A DNA stretch of 64,000 nucleotides from an uncultured Planctomycetota bacterium (GCA_963845755.1 CAWJTV010000011.1:992001-1056000); one strand, 5' to 3'. Positions 1 to 12,735 are shown, numbered from the stretch's first letter. Notes: a model not told the origin generated them from the letters alone. Numbers and translations: made by a program.

Positions 1-2529
1 GGCATCGCCTCGAGCGCCGTGGACTGTCGTCGGCCATCATCCTGGCCGGCTCCGGCGCGGGGCCGATGGCACCATCGGCGACCACAGCCATGTCGCCGCA
101 ACTCATCAAATCGATCGCACGAACCGCGATGGACACGATGTCCAGGGGAACAATCGCCGGCTTAGCCCACGCGCTGGCCAGTGCCGAGATCCGGAGACAG
201 ATGATGACCCGAACACTGAACGGCCTGGCGGTACTGGTGCTGACCGGCCTGATCGCGGCCACGACGATCGGACTGGCGCTCGCCGGGCGGGGCGACGATT
301 CCAATTCCCCGGTGGCCGACGTGAGCCGGAAGCTCGATCACGGGCCGATTCACGTCCGCGTGCTGGATATGGAGGGAGAAGGGGCGCCGGGGGTCGCGGT
401 CGAAGTCCGCAGAGCGGGGCACCCGCAACGCACTTTCCCGACCGATGCCGAGGGGCGTGGAGTCATCCCGCGATGCCATCGGTGATTCGGCGGTCCTGGT
501 CGCCCGAGCCGGGCAAGAGGCCCTGGCGTGGGGCATCCTGGGCGATCCCAGCCAGAAGCGGCCCGCCGGCACGAAGGACGATCCGGTCACCATGAAGCTG
601 CTGCCTTTGACCCATCGAGTCGAAGGCTCCTTCGTGGACCAGAAAGGAATCCCGATTCCCGGGGTCGAGATGACAGTCGAGTGGCTCGATCACCCGACCA
701 ACGGTTCGGCCGGATTGAACGAACGCGAGGCGACCTTCGATCAGGCTGTCACGGACAAAGCGGGCCGATTCACGGTGATGTTGCCTCAAGGAGCCGGTGG
801 CATCCTCGGAGCCACGCATTCGCGGTATATCGGCCTGGAGGTCGAGGTCGTGGCGGATGCACGAATCCTCGACCCGATCAGGCTCGAGCCAGGCGGGGCG
901 ATCGTCGGAAGGGTGATCGACGCATCCACCGGAAAACCGGTCCGTGATGTGACAATCATGGCCCAGCTCATCGAGGATCACATGCGAATGTCCAGGGGCC
1001 GGAAGGGTGTGGGCGTAACCGACGACGAAGGCCGATTCGCCGTTCGCAGCCTGGAGTCGGGCGTCTATAACGTCGTTTTCATGGGCGTGCCCGGCCATGA
1101 CCAGCTCACCGCCCGCGCCGTCGAGGGGCTGCGCGTACGGGCCGGTGCTGAGACGCCAGCCGACCTGACCGTCATCCGTGGCCGGTTGTTGCGCGGGGTC
1201 GTGGTTGACCGCGAGACCGGCCGGCCGGTGCCCGGGACCCCGGTCGGCTGTCACGGCCCGGCGCGACCTCAATCCGGCGAGGCCATCGAATCCAACAAGA
1301 CCGACGACCAGGGACGATTCACGTTCCACGTCCCGCCCGGCGAGCAGTACGTCTACGTTCAGGACAGCAACGTGCTCAGTCGCATGGGGAAACGGCGCCT
1401 GGTCGTCCCCGAGCATGGGGAGGTCGAGCCGATCCGACTCGTGCGAGGCCGCCTGGCATTCAATCCCTTCGGGCCCGCGAGAAAGGCGGCGGTTCCACCG
1501 CCCGTGCCTGTCACGGCGACGGTCCCGGAGGCGGTGAAAGTCGAGGCGAAAGCCGCGAGCCAGCCGGAGGTCCCGGCCGGCCGACCCGCAGAGCCGCCGC
1601 TGCCGGAGCTGGCAAAAGTGCCGGCCCCGATCGTCCGCACCGTGGCCGGACTCGTCCGCGATCCCAAGGGTCGGCCCGTGGCCGGGGTCGCCGTGCAAGC
1701 CAATATTCCCCAACCCAATGCGCCACCCATGTCGATCGAATCCGCGGTCACCGACCGCGCGGGCCGGTTCGTCCTCGACGCGCTGCCGCGCCGGCCGCTT
1801 CAGATCATGCTGACTCGTCCAGGCATTCTGTACCAGGACGAAGCTCTCCCGCCCGACCGCGACCAGGTTGAGCTCACCGCCCTCCTCAAGCCCGACCCGC
1901 GCGACGATAACCCGCCGGGTCCCCGGTACGATGAGCCGATCCCGCCCGGTCTCCGCGAACGGTTGACCTTCGTCGATCTGGACTCGCGAGGCAGCGATTT
2001 CCTGGCCGACGGTCCTAGCTACGGCGGCGATGACCTGAACCGCCTGCCGCGCGGAATCCATAAGCTGGCCGATACCTATTTCCGCATCGGCGAGAAGATG
2101 GTCCACGTCCAGGGCCGGTCACGGCCCGACCTGCCCGAGTCCGTCCGGGGGATCCCGGTCCAGGCCCGGGGCGATCAACTTCACTTCCTGCACTCGACCC
2201 AGGGCGGCGACCCGGAGGACACCGAGATCGGCGCCTATGTGATCCACTATTCCGACGGGTCCACCGAACGCATCCCGCTGGTCTATTCCCGAGAGATCAC
2301 CAACTGGTGGCACCGGGACCCGGGCCGAAAACTGACCGGGGCCAAGGTCGCCTGGACCGGCTTGAATGACGCGGTCGCCATCCACGTCCGTCCCGGTCTG
2401 TTCGTCCGCTTGTTTACCATCACCTGGACGAACCCCCACCCGGAGAAAACCATTGCCGCGCTCGACGTCCTGTCGGCCGGCAAGGACTGCGACCCGTTCC
2501 TGGTGGCACTGACGCTGTCGCGCTGGTAG
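1..2529 (+). CDS. Planctomycete-type ECF sigma factor C-terminal extension (5' truncated by window): TM helix, carboxypeptidase-regulatory-like beta-sandwich repeats and a C-terminal jelly-roll-like domain; frameshift near 470-480
   Basis: Frame from base 3 reads HRLERRGLSSAIIL, paralleling LRDRLVRRGV at the end of sigma region 4 in the 44211 gene. Then a TM segment (ORF 66..485) and GRVID..TGKPV / TDDEGRF repeats (ORF 445..2529). Confidence 0.7.
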
Positions 2530-2600
2530 ACATTGCGTAAACGCAAAATCTTTCACCGACGAGGACCAAAGGGTTGCACTCGACCGCCGCTCGGTCCATC

Positions 2601-2794
2601 CTAGAGCGCTTATCAGTTGCGTTGCGCACGCCCAGAGCGATGCGAATCCACCCCCCGGAACCCCCCCTTCGCAAGGGGGGGACAGGAAATGGGCCACTCC
2701 TCCTCAATGGTCCCCCCCTTGCGAAGGGGGGGTTCCGGGGGGATCTTTGGGAACCGGCTTCGCCTGTGTGCAACCCAACCGTGAAGCGCTCTAG
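2601..2794. mobile_element. MITE (194 bp) with CTAG termini and an internal REP-like palindrome pair
   Basis: Left end CTAGAGCGCTTATCAGTTGCGTTGCGCAC vs reverse complement of right end CTAGAGCGCTTCACGGTTGGGTTGCACAC (24/29). Internal CCCCCCCTTCGCAAGGGGGGG and CCCCCCCTTGCGAAGGGGGGG. Related copy at 13422-15206. Confidence 0.8.
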
Positions 2795-2861
2795 GAGAGG
2801 GTCGTTCGAAGCGTGCGACGGACGACCATTGTATACTGCATCCTGCCTGGGAGGGACACAC

Positions 2862-4237
<1,376 letters not shown>

Positions 4238-4241
<4 letters not shown>

Positions 4242-4267
4242 AGCGGCTCACGCTTGGGTCGCGCACG
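4238..4267 (+). repeat. Solo terminal repeat of the CTAGAGCG MITE family, overlapping the oxidoreductase stop codon
   Basis: CTAGAGCGGCTCACGCTTGGGTCGCGCACG resembles the termini at 2601/2794 and 13422/15206; no partner end found. Confidence 0.55.
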
Positions 4268-4397
4268 GGGCCGTAGGGTGCCCTGTACGACTCAGTTCGA
4301 GTATCTTGTACGCCGTGCACGATTTCATAACGTCTCGACGTACAAGATGTTGGATTGGCAGAAGGGATCGAAGGATTCTTCTCTGTGCCCTCTGTGA

Positions 4398-4435
4398 GTA
4401 AGCGTTCACGGGTCAAGGGTGACAAACGTATAGAA
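4398..4435 (+). repeat. IS66-like terminal inverted repeat (left copy)
   Basis: GTAAGCGTTCACGGGTCAAGGGTGACAAACGTATAGAA is 33/38 identical to the reverse complement of 16935-16972; GTAA(G/C)CG termini are typical of IS66. Confidence 0.6.
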
Positions 4436-4587
4436 GGGGCCGGAATCCAAACCGGGCCATGCGGTATCGGGAGCTTCGCTCCAGATGGCTTCGGTGTCGT
4501 CGGACCGAAGAGCACAAGTCGGGGCGTGCGGTGCCAAGATCGGTTTCTACTCAGGATTGCCAGTGATGGCGGTCCAGCATAACTAGC

Positions 4588-7500
4588 CTACTTCGCCTTC
4601 GACTGTGTTCGCAGCCTCTCAAGAATCGCCACAAATCGTGGATCGCCGCGAAGAGCGTCGATGTCGGGATCGGTTTCGAGCTGGTAATGGTCGTCGAAGC
4701 CGGAAGCGATCGCCAGATCCAGTGCCTCGAACGAGCGATCGATGAGCTTCTTGCGCTCCGCGAGCCGTTCGGGCGACCACATAGCGACCGGGTGATCTCG
4801 GTCGAGGCTGTCGGCGGCGATGGCCAGCGCGAAGGCGCTCTGCAACCGGAACATCGCCGCGGACCGGCTCCTGCTGTTCTGGGCCGCGGCAACCTTGAGC
4901 AGGTTCTCCGCCTTGGTGCGCGCTTCTTGGGTTTTCCCGCAACGGGCCAGGGCGAGCATCCATTCGATCGCGGCTTCGAGGTCTCTGGGTTTGGTGTGCG
5001 AGTATTGCTCGCGGATCGCCAGACACTCGTCGTACAGCGTCTGCGACTCGGATCGGTTGCCCAGCTTCAGGGCGGCCGTGGCCGACTTGTACAGAAACTG
5101 AGAAAGCCTTCTCTTAATAGCGAGCAGTTCCTCGGCGTGCGCTCAGCTCACGTGTCAGGGCGAGTGATTCGTCGTACGTTTTCTTGGCCTCATTGGGCTG
5201 TCCCAGGAAGAAATGCGCATCGCCCAGGGCATCCAGGATGAACGCCAGATTCTGCTTGTAAGACTGGTTTCTCGGCTCGAGACCGAGGATCTCGCGACGC
5301 ATGCCGGCCGCTTTCTCGAAATGCTCGAGCGCGAGCCGTTCTGCCTTGTTGTGTTGATGAAGGGTCGCCATCCGACGGTGGATCTCGGCCACTGCGGTGA
5401 GATTCTCCTCATCGCGGCGCGAAGCCATGACTTCCGCGTACAAGGCGAGGGAGCGGTTGAACAGCGCCATCGCCTCCGCGGGCTTTCCCAACTGGTAAGT
5501 GACCCAGCCCAACTCATCGAGCGACCTCGCGACGAATCCCTTCCGCGCGGTTTCCGTGTACTCGTTCGTGCGCGGAGATCGGAGCACACGTTCGGCAATC
5601 GCGAGCGACCTCGAAAAGCCCTGAAACGCCCTGGCGTAATCTCGGTTCGACATCTCGAACTCGGCGAGGTTCGCGAGAGCCACCGAGAGATTCATGGCAG
5701 CGAGGTCGAAGTCCCGTGCCTCGTTCTTGTCGATCTCTTCGGCCACGGCGATCGCCTGGGCATATCGTTCCCGAACCATCTCGACATCCGCATCGGGGCG
5801 CGAACGCAGGCTATCCGCCTCGTGTAACATCAGCGTCAACTTCGCCCGCTGGTTGATCCCGTCCGAGTCGGCCCGGGAAATCTTGTCCACGAATCTCATG
5901 ATCTGACGGCCAAATTCATCCTGGACGGTCTTCGTGTAGATCGAGCTATCGAGCGTATGACGGAGATCCGTCACGGCGAAGGTGATGGTCGTTCGATAGC
6001 GATCGTACTCCCGCTTCTCACCTTCACGTGCCTTGGCCTCGGCGACACGCGCCGCTTCCGCCTCCTTCCGGCGGCTCTCAGTCCGGATCATGCCTGATGT
6101 CGTCCCCGCGATGCCGGCCAGCAAGCTCAGCAGGACCACGGTGGCGGAAATCACCGCGCCTCGGTGCTTGCGGACAAACTTCCTCATCCGGTAGGTGCGG
6201 CTCGGCGGCGCGGCCGCGACCGGCTCGTGCGCCAGATGCCGCATCACGTCCGCGGCGAACCCGTTGGCCGTCTCGTAGCGGCGCGTGCGGTCCTTCTCCA
6301 GCGCCTTCATCACGATCCAGTCGAGGTCCCCCCGCAAAGCCCGTTTCAGTTGCTCTGGCTCGATGTTGCGGCTGGCGGCGATGCTCGGCAGGGTCTCCGC
6401 CGTGCTGATCTTCGTGCTCGGTTTGGGCGGGTCGACCTCCCGCACCATCCGGAGCATCTCCAGGATAGCCCCGCGCTTGAACTGCTTCGCGTCGATCGGC
6501 GGCGAACCGACCAGCATCTCATAGAGGATCACGCCCAGCGCATAGACGTCGGTCCGGGTGTCGATGTCCATGGACGAGGGATCGGCCTGCTCGGGCGACA
6601 TGTACGTCGGGGTGCCGACGATTGCACCGGTGTCGCCAATGCTCAGGTCGGTGAGGTCAAACTCCGTCGCCTTGGCGACGCCGAAGTCGATGACCTTTGG
6701 GGTAGGCCGGCCGTCAACCTCGGTGACCAGGACGTTGCTCGGCTTCAGGTCTCGGTGAATAATCCCCTTCTGGTGGGCGTGTTGCACGGCCTGACAGACC
6801 GCGACGAACAGCTCCAGCCGAGCCTGCACCGTAAGCCGCCTCTCGTCGCAGTACGCCGTGATGGGAACGCCCTGGACAAGCTCCATCACGAAGAAGGGCT
6901 GATTGGACTGCGTGGTGCCGCCGTCGAAGACGCGGGCGATGTTGGGGTGATCCATCAGGGCCAGAGCTTGACGCTCGGCGTCGAACCGGCCGAGCACAGC
7001 CCGAGAATCCATACCGATCTTGATCAGCTTGAGAGCAACCTGGCGCTTGACAGGCTCGGTCTGATCGGCGCGGTAGACGGTGCCCATCCCGCCTTCGCCG
7101 AGGACGTCTCGGAGCGTGTAACGACCCGCGATGACCCGATCCGCGATGAAGCCGCCGCGCTGGGTGTCGTGAACGATGCTCGATGGCACGTCGATCGTGG
7201 CGTCCTGTCCGGAGACGTCGGTCGCTTCCGCGCTTGTGGCCTCGTCGATCGTGCCGCTTTGTCTGTAGACGCCAGTGGCTTCGGCCGTCCCGACATCGGC
7301 GACCGAGGCCGGCGCCTGGGACCCTGGCCGCGTTTCGCATGCCGGGGTCTGGGTCGCCGGGAGGGTTTCGGCCGAGGTGGGTTCCCACATGCCGGTGGCC
7401 TCGGCGTTCGGGACGGGGCCGGCCTGGTCCTGGACGGCGAGCGGCGCCTCGACGCGGGCGCCTGGCTGGACCGGCTCGACCTCGACCAGGGTCGGGAACG

Positions 7501-7645
7501 TCTCGCGGATCTTGTCGGCCATCTCCGGCAGGCGGTCGACGTACTCCTGCAGGTCCGGCCGCTCGCCCCGGCGATAGCGCTCGGCGAACTCCTTGGCCAG
7601 CTCGTCGAAGCGGCCATGATCGTGGGAACCGGATGATGTGGACAT
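4588..7645 (-). CDS. Hanks-type Ser/Thr protein kinase with TM helix and TPR repeats; frameshift(s) near 5100-5150
   Basis: GEGGMGTVY, VALKLIK, HRDLKPSN, DFG, GTPTYMSPEQ; TPR-like helices; C-terminal DPDIDALRGDPRF motif in ORF 4588..4959. Confidence 0.92.
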
Positions 7646-7647
7646 TG

Positions 7648-8234
7648 TCAGAGATCCTCCCAGCCGCCGGCATCATCGCCAGCGGGTCCTTGACCCGCTT
7701 CAGGGCGCGGAAGTATCGCTTCGCCCCGGCTTCCTGCGTGATCCCGAGCACCTGCGCCGCCTCGGTGCGGGCCGAGTTGCTCGAAGTGTCTCAATGCTAC
7801 CACCTCGCGGACGATGGGGTCGAGGCTCTGCAGCGACTCCCGGGATTGCAGCATCCGCTCGGCGCGGTGGGCTGCCTGGGTCGGCGAGGTGTGCCCACCC
7901 AGGAGTGTCGGAGCCAGCGCAGTCGAGCTGGCCCGGGGTAGGGCGACCTGGTTTAGCGAGATCTCCAGCCCCGCGTACCGCAATCTCGTGCCGAGGTGCT
8001 GGCGGTGCAAGGTCGTCAACCGCCGGCCGACGTGGACGCGCAGCCAGTGCAGCGGTGGGAGCTTCGGGTCGGCCAGGTAGGCGTCGAGGTCGCCGGCGAC
8101 GTCGAGCCAGCCTCGGAGCCGAGGATCCCGGCGCAGCTCCACTTTCGCCGGAGCCGGTCGCGATACTGGTCGAACAGCGCCGCCGGCGCCCGACGGTCGC
8201 CGCCGCGGAGCGTCTTGTCGATGAGGTCCCCCAT
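7648..8234 (-). pseudogene. Kinase-associated ECF sigma factor, frameshifted or degraded
   Basis: ALFDQYRDRLRR, LRRDPRLRG, LQSLDPIVREVVALRHFEQL and LGITQEAGAKRYFRALKRVK lie in three different frames; stop abuts the kinase ATG. Confidence 0.75.
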
Positions 8235-8517
8235 ACCTCTTATCCGCGCCGGACAGGAACCGGGACCGGAAAACCGGAATTGAGATCGGCGGACGCTCTC
8301 GGGTTCTCGGAGGGCCCTCTCGGCATCATGCATGGAGTTCAATGTGGTGACGTCGAGACCGACAGTACAGTACAGCGTGACGCAGCTCGTTGCATCGCAG
8401 CGGCAGGCGGTCTGGCTTGGGCACCGGATGCACGCAGGTCGCGGTCGCGCGGAGAAGCGTGCAGGACGGGGCTTACAATCGTCCTAGCGGGTCGAGTTGC
8501 GCGTCGGTCGGATCGAC

Positions 8518-8535
8518 GAATGGCACTAGCTTAAG
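8518..8535 (+). repeat. Possible orphan IS4-group terminal repeat
   Basis: GAATGGCACTAGCTTAAG resembles IS4-group ends (from recall) and marks the start of an AT-rich patch; no partner end or transposase. Confidence 0.3.
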
Positions 8536-8648
8536 CGTAACTCATTTTCAGAAAGAAAGTTGTATCGTGATGGTTTTCCCGTCGATGGTGCTCAGGATGT
8601 TATGAGGCTGGGTCCATGTGGCTTGATTTGAGGCTATATTCTCTATCA

Positions 8649-8843
8649 GTACGCGTTCACACCTCGGTCAACAATTGTCCGAGATTATCACTCGTTCCCA
8701 CGCTCGGCGTGGGAACGAGTCATCGCGTTCTGACGGGGTAATCGGCGGTTTCGATGCCGAATGTCACATAATCTGACATTGATATTTTCTGATGCCTGAA
8801 AACCAGACATCTTACAACTGTCAACCAGGGTGTGAACGGGTAC
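8649..8843. mobile_element. MITE (195 bp) with IS66-like termini and an internal REP hairpin
   Basis: Left GTACGCGTTCACACCTCGGTCAACAATTGT vs reverse complement of right GTACCCGTTCACACCCTGGTTGACAGTTGT (24/30); internal CTCGTTCCCACGCTCGGCGTGGGAACGAG at 8691-8719; no target duplication. Confidence 0.72.
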
Positions 8844-9344
8844 GATCGCCTGGATCAGATTCGTCACATCGAAACTGAACGGGCTGGCTTCCGTGCCAGG
8901 AAATCCGTCCGGGAGATCGCCGGTGCTGCCGAGGAAGGTCGTCTTCTTGAGGAAGTCGCCCAGCCCAACGATCCCGTCGCTGTCGGGATAGCCGTTGACG
9001 CTCACGCGGCCCGGACCGGCGAGGGTCTGCGCTCCCGCGATATCCAGGAAGAGCGTCGCGGATTGGACCGTGGCGCCGTGGGGGAGCGTCGTGATCGAGG
9101 CAATGTCGAATTCGATGTCCGAATCCACCGACAACTGGTCAGCACCGTCCACCACGACGGGAAGCAGTTGCAGCGAGTGGTCCAGGATCGGAGGAGAGTT
9201 CCCAACAATCGTCCTCGTCCCCTCATCGGACGGGCCGATGATGAGAGAATCCGCGAGGCCCGGGACGGCCGTGACGGAGACCGCCAGGGCCGCCCAGAAT
9301 ATCATCGCTGTGCGCCGTCGATTGCGCCGTTGCATCATCACCAT
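8844..9344 (-). pseudogene. Secreted PEP-CTERM-like surface protein, 3' truncated by the MITE
   Basis: RBS AGGAG, signal peptide, IEFDIASI..HGATVQSATLFL and FSFDVTNLIQ motifs typical of DNRLRE-like/PEP-CTERM beta-sandwich proteins; reading frame runs into the MITE end at 8843. Confidence 0.6.
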
Positions 9345-9556
9345 CTTGAACTCCTGATCTAGGGTGCGAGTGCCGCGCCGAGCGGATTCCCTGTCCTCCC
9401 GGGGCGGGTCAAATGTACTGAAGTCCCATGCCAAAACCTTGAGGTAACGGCCTCCTGAGCGATCGACGAGGCCCTGAGGGATGAGTCGGTCCCGGAACGA
9501 TTGCGCTCGAGGCCGCGTCCGCTCGCCCGAGCGGAACCAGGGGCCCTCGCTACGAA

Positions 9557-9582
9557 GTACACCCGCGCGGCCGAGTTGGATC
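9557..9582 (-). promoter_or_regulatory. Candidate ECF promoter GATCC-N14-GGTGTAC
   Basis: Same motif and spacing as at 9736, 12981 and 15334; oriented toward the 9344 gene. Confidence 0.65.
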
Positions 9583-9735
9583 GGGCCGGCGAGGAAATGC
9601 AGGCGACGCGAGGGATCCGCCCGCCCGAGACCGGGGGTGCTGCGGGCGCAAGATGCCCGGGTCGATCAGGCTCCTCCTCACACGATCTCCAGAGAGGTGC
9701 TCGGCCGCGGACCTATGGCTTTTCCGCCCCGGATT

Positions 9736-9761
9736 CATCCGGCGCGGCGATCCCGGTGTAT
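9736..9761 (+). promoter_or_regulatory. Candidate ECF promoter CATCC-N14-GGTGTAT
   Basis: CATCCggcgcggcgatcccGGTGTAT upstream of the di-heme gene. Confidence 0.7.
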
Positions 9762-10018
9762 CGCAGGGGAGGGACGAGCTGCCTCGCGGTCGTCGGGCTC
9801 GACACAGTGAGCGCGGGCCGCAGAGCCGTCCCTGCGTGTTGGTTGTTACCCACCCTACCATGGACGCATCAGCCTCTCCCGGCCCGAACGGCCGGGGCAC
9901 CCGCACCATCGCTCCGCCCCCGGCGCTCCGCGCGCGGGGATGGAGCCCACACGCGGACCGGCGGCCGCGCCGCCGTCGCCCTCGAGAGGCCTGAGCCGCC
10001 AAACCGGAGCACCAAGTG

Positions 10019-11203
10019 ATGAAATCCCGACGTATCGCATCCTCGGCCATCCTCGGCTCGGCCGTCGCCGGGCTCGCCCTGCTGACGCTGGGCGGCGGCC
10101 GGGGGCCCCAATTCGGCGACCCCCTGCCTGGGCTCACCGCCGACCAATTGGCCCGCTTCCAGACGGGCAAGGCCGTCTTCGAGCAAGAGTTTGATCCGCT
10201 GGGCGGTCTGGGGCCCGTATTCAACAATACGGCCTGCGCCAAGTGCCACGACCAAGGCGCCATCGGCGGCGGCAGCGACACGCTCGAGACCCGCTACGGC
10301 CAGGTGATCAACGGCGTATTCAACCCGCTCACCCAGTTCGACGGCCAGTTGCTCCATTCCATGGGGATCGGCCTGTTCAACGGCGTCAACTTCGTCGGCG
10401 AGGTCGTGCCGCCGGTGGCCAACGTCGTGGCCCACCGCCGCACCACTCCGCTGTTCGGCCTCGGCCTGGTCAACGCCGTGCCCGACCAGTTCCTCATGGA
10501 TCTCGCCCAGCTCGAGCAGGACTTCACACCGGAGACGGCCGGCCGGGCCCTTGTCCTGACCGATGTCTTCAGCGGCCAGCCGCGAGTCGGCCGGTTCGGA
10601 TGGAAGTGCCAGATCGGCACGGTCCTCACCTTCAGCGGCAATGCCTTCCTCAACGAGATGGGCATTACGACCCCATTTTTCCCGCACGAGAACCCCCCGG
10701 GAGGAGACGTCGCCCTGCTCGCCGCGAATCCGGCCCTGACCAACCCCAACGACACCACCGAGACGGTGATGCAGCTCGCCGACCATACGACGTTCCTGGC
10801 GCCCCCGCCCCGGCTTCCCTTTTCGCCCAAAGCGACGCTCGGTGAAGCGGTATTCCTGGGGATCGGCTGCGCCAACTGCCATCTTCCCGCCATGCGGACC
10901 GGGCCCAATGAGGTTGCGGCGCTGGACGAAGTTGTCTTCTTTCCGTACTCCGATTTCCTGGTGCACGACATGGGTGCCCTCAACGACGGGATCGCGCAAC
11001 CGCCCGCCACGGGCCAGGAGATGCGGACGGCCCCACTGTGGGGCGCCCGGATCCGGACGAGTTTCCTTCACGATGGCCGCGCCAAGACAATCCGAGATGC
11101 GATCTTGGCTCACGACGGCCAGAGCCTGGCGGCCCGCAATCGCTTCGCCGCGCTGCCGAGACGACAGCAGGCGCAACTCCTGGAATTCATCAACAGCCTG
11201 TAG
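10019..11203 (+). CDS. Di-heme oxidoreductase family (DHOR-like) c-type cytochrome
   Basis: Signal peptide, GLGPVFN..CAKCH, TPLFGLGL, GRFGWK, GCANCH, SDFLVHDMG, RTAPLWG, FLHDGRA. Confidence 0.9.
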   Translation: MKSRRIASSAILGSAVAGLALLTLGGGRGPQFGDPLPGLTADQLARFQTGKAVFEQEFDPLGGLGPVFNNTACAKCHDQGAIGGGSDTLETRYGQVINGVFNPLTQFDGQLLHSMGIGLFNGVNFVGEVVPPVANVVAHRRTTPLFGLGLVNAVPDQFLMDLAQLEQDFTPETAGRALVLTDVFSGQPRVGRFGWKCQIGTVLTFSGNAFLNEMGITTPFFPHENPPGGDVALLAANPALTNPNDTTETVMQLADHTTFLAPPPRLPFSPKATLGEAVFLGIGCANCHLPAMRTGPNEVAALDEVVFFPYSDFLVHDMGALNDGIAQPPATGQEMRTAPLWGARIRTSFLHDGRAKTIRDAILAHDGQSLAARNRFAALPRRQQAQLLEFINSL

Positions 11204-11396
11204 GTCGCGATGACCCCGGCTCGACCGGCTCGGGAACCGAGACCCGACGCTGGAGATCGGTCAGGGATTCGAGGGCCCACGTAACCGAGGCCCGCGCGCG
11301 CGCCACTATATAGAGTACGCGGGGAGATGCGAGGGGGGCTGTAGGCTGACGGATGCGTCGGCCTCGGTACCCCCGTTCTCCAAGAGATCCTTCCAC

Positions 11397-11567
11397 TTGC
11401 TCGACGGCCGCTTCGGTCTCACCGATGAGAGGCGGACCCTCCTGCAGCTCGGTCGGGAGCTGGGCATCAGCAAGGAGCGCGTCCGTCAGATCGAGACCCG
11501 GGCCTTGCGCAAACTCTGGGACACCGACGAGGCGCGGAGGCTGGCCCGGGCGGCTTGGAGTACGTGA
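11397..11567 (+). pseudogene. Isolated sigma-70 region 4 (RpoD/RpoH-like HTH) fragment
   Basis: Translates LLDGRFGLTDERRTLLQLGRELGISKERVRQIETRALRKL; no region 2 upstream. Confidence 0.8.
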
Positions 11568-11658
11568 GTGATTCGCACCGGCGTGCGATCGGATCGGGGA
11601 CGGGACAGTCAAGGGACCGCGCCGTGTCGAACCCGGTCGGTTCGTGGGGGAGAAGACG

Positions 11659-12735
11659 ATGATGCGGATGGGAAATCGGCCGGCGAGCAACGGGGAGTAC
11701 GGCGACGAGGCGAATCGGCCGTCAGCGAGCGAGGACCGGAGCGACGAGAAATTGATGGCCCAGCTCGCGGATGGCCAGCCCGAGGCGCTCGGGCCGCTGC
11801 ACAGTCGCTATGCCGCGCTGGTCTTCGGCCTTGTGGCCCGATCGCTCGATCGGGACGCCGCCGAGGAGATCAGCCAGGAGGTCTTCCTGGCCGTCTGGCG
11901 GCACGCCGCGACCTTCGACCCGGCGCGGGGCTCGTTCCGCACCTGGCTTACTCGGATCGCCCAGACGCGCGTGCTCAACGAGGTGCGGCGCCGCGGCCGG
12001 CGGCCTCGCATCAAGTCAAAGTCCCATGAACCCGTCGAAGTGGATCGACCCGACTCCGGCCCCGGACCGGCCGAGGAGGCGTGGCGGGCACATCGCCGCG
12101 ACGCCGTGCGGGCGGCCGTGGACGCCCTACCGTCGCCCCAGCGCAAGGCGCTGAGCCTCGCCTTCCTCGACGACCTCACGCACGAGCAGGTTGCCGCCTT
12201 CCTCGATGTGCCGCTGGGGACGACCAAGAGCCGGATCCGCGCCGGGGTCAGGGCCCTGCGCACCCGGCTGGCTCCCCTCGTGGCGGCGGGCCTGATCGTC
12301 ACGGGGCTCGCCATCGCCGGCCTTTACGAGATCGATCGGCAGGCCGCCCTCCACCGCCGAGACCGCGCCTTGAGGCTGGTCACCAACAGTGACGTCGTGC
12401 CGCGCCGCCTCGGGCCGGCGCCGGGGATCAACCCCGCGGCCCACGGCAACTACCGCGGCCGGCCCGGCGTCAACCTGGCCGTGCTGACGCTGTCCTACCT
12501 CGACCCGGCCCCCGCCGGCTACGAGTATCGGGCCTGGGCCTTGCACCAGGGGCGCTGGACCTTGCTCGGCCGCGCGACGCTCGAGGGCGAAGGCCGCAGC
12601 CTCATCATCGCCGAGGGTCCCGATTTGACAGTCCTCCCGGATCAACTCCAGGTGACGCTGGAGGCGATCGGCGCTCATGCGGGTGCCGGTGCCGTCCCGA
12701 CCGGGTCGCCGATCGTCCGTTGGCCGACCCCATAA
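11659..12735 (+). CDS. ECF sigma factor (SigK-like) fused via a TM helix to an RskA-like C-terminal domain
   Basis: AEEISQEVFLAVWRHAATFDPARGSFRTWL; VAAFLDVPLGTTKSRIRAG; TM LVAAGLIVTGLAIAGLY; LDPAPAGYEYRAW and LQVTLE..PTGSPIV RskA-like motifs. Confidence 0.88.
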   Translation: MMRMGNRPASNGEYGDEANRPSASEDRSDEKLMAQLADGQPEALGPLHSRYAALVFGLVARSLDRDAAEEISQEVFLAVWRHAATFDPARGSFRTWLTRIAQTRVLNEVRRRGRRPRIKSKSHEPVEVDRPDSGPGPAEEAWRAHRRDAVRAAVDALPSPQRKALSLAFLDDLTHEQVAAFLDVPLGTTKSRIRAGVRALRTRLAPLVAAGLIVTGLAIAGLYEIDRQAALHRRDRALRLVTNSDVVPRRLGPAPGINPAAHGNYRGRPGVNLAVLTLSYLDPAPAGYEYRAWALHQGRWTLLGRATLEGEGRSLIIAEGPDLTVLPDQLQVTLEAIGAHAGAGAVPTGSPIVRWPTP

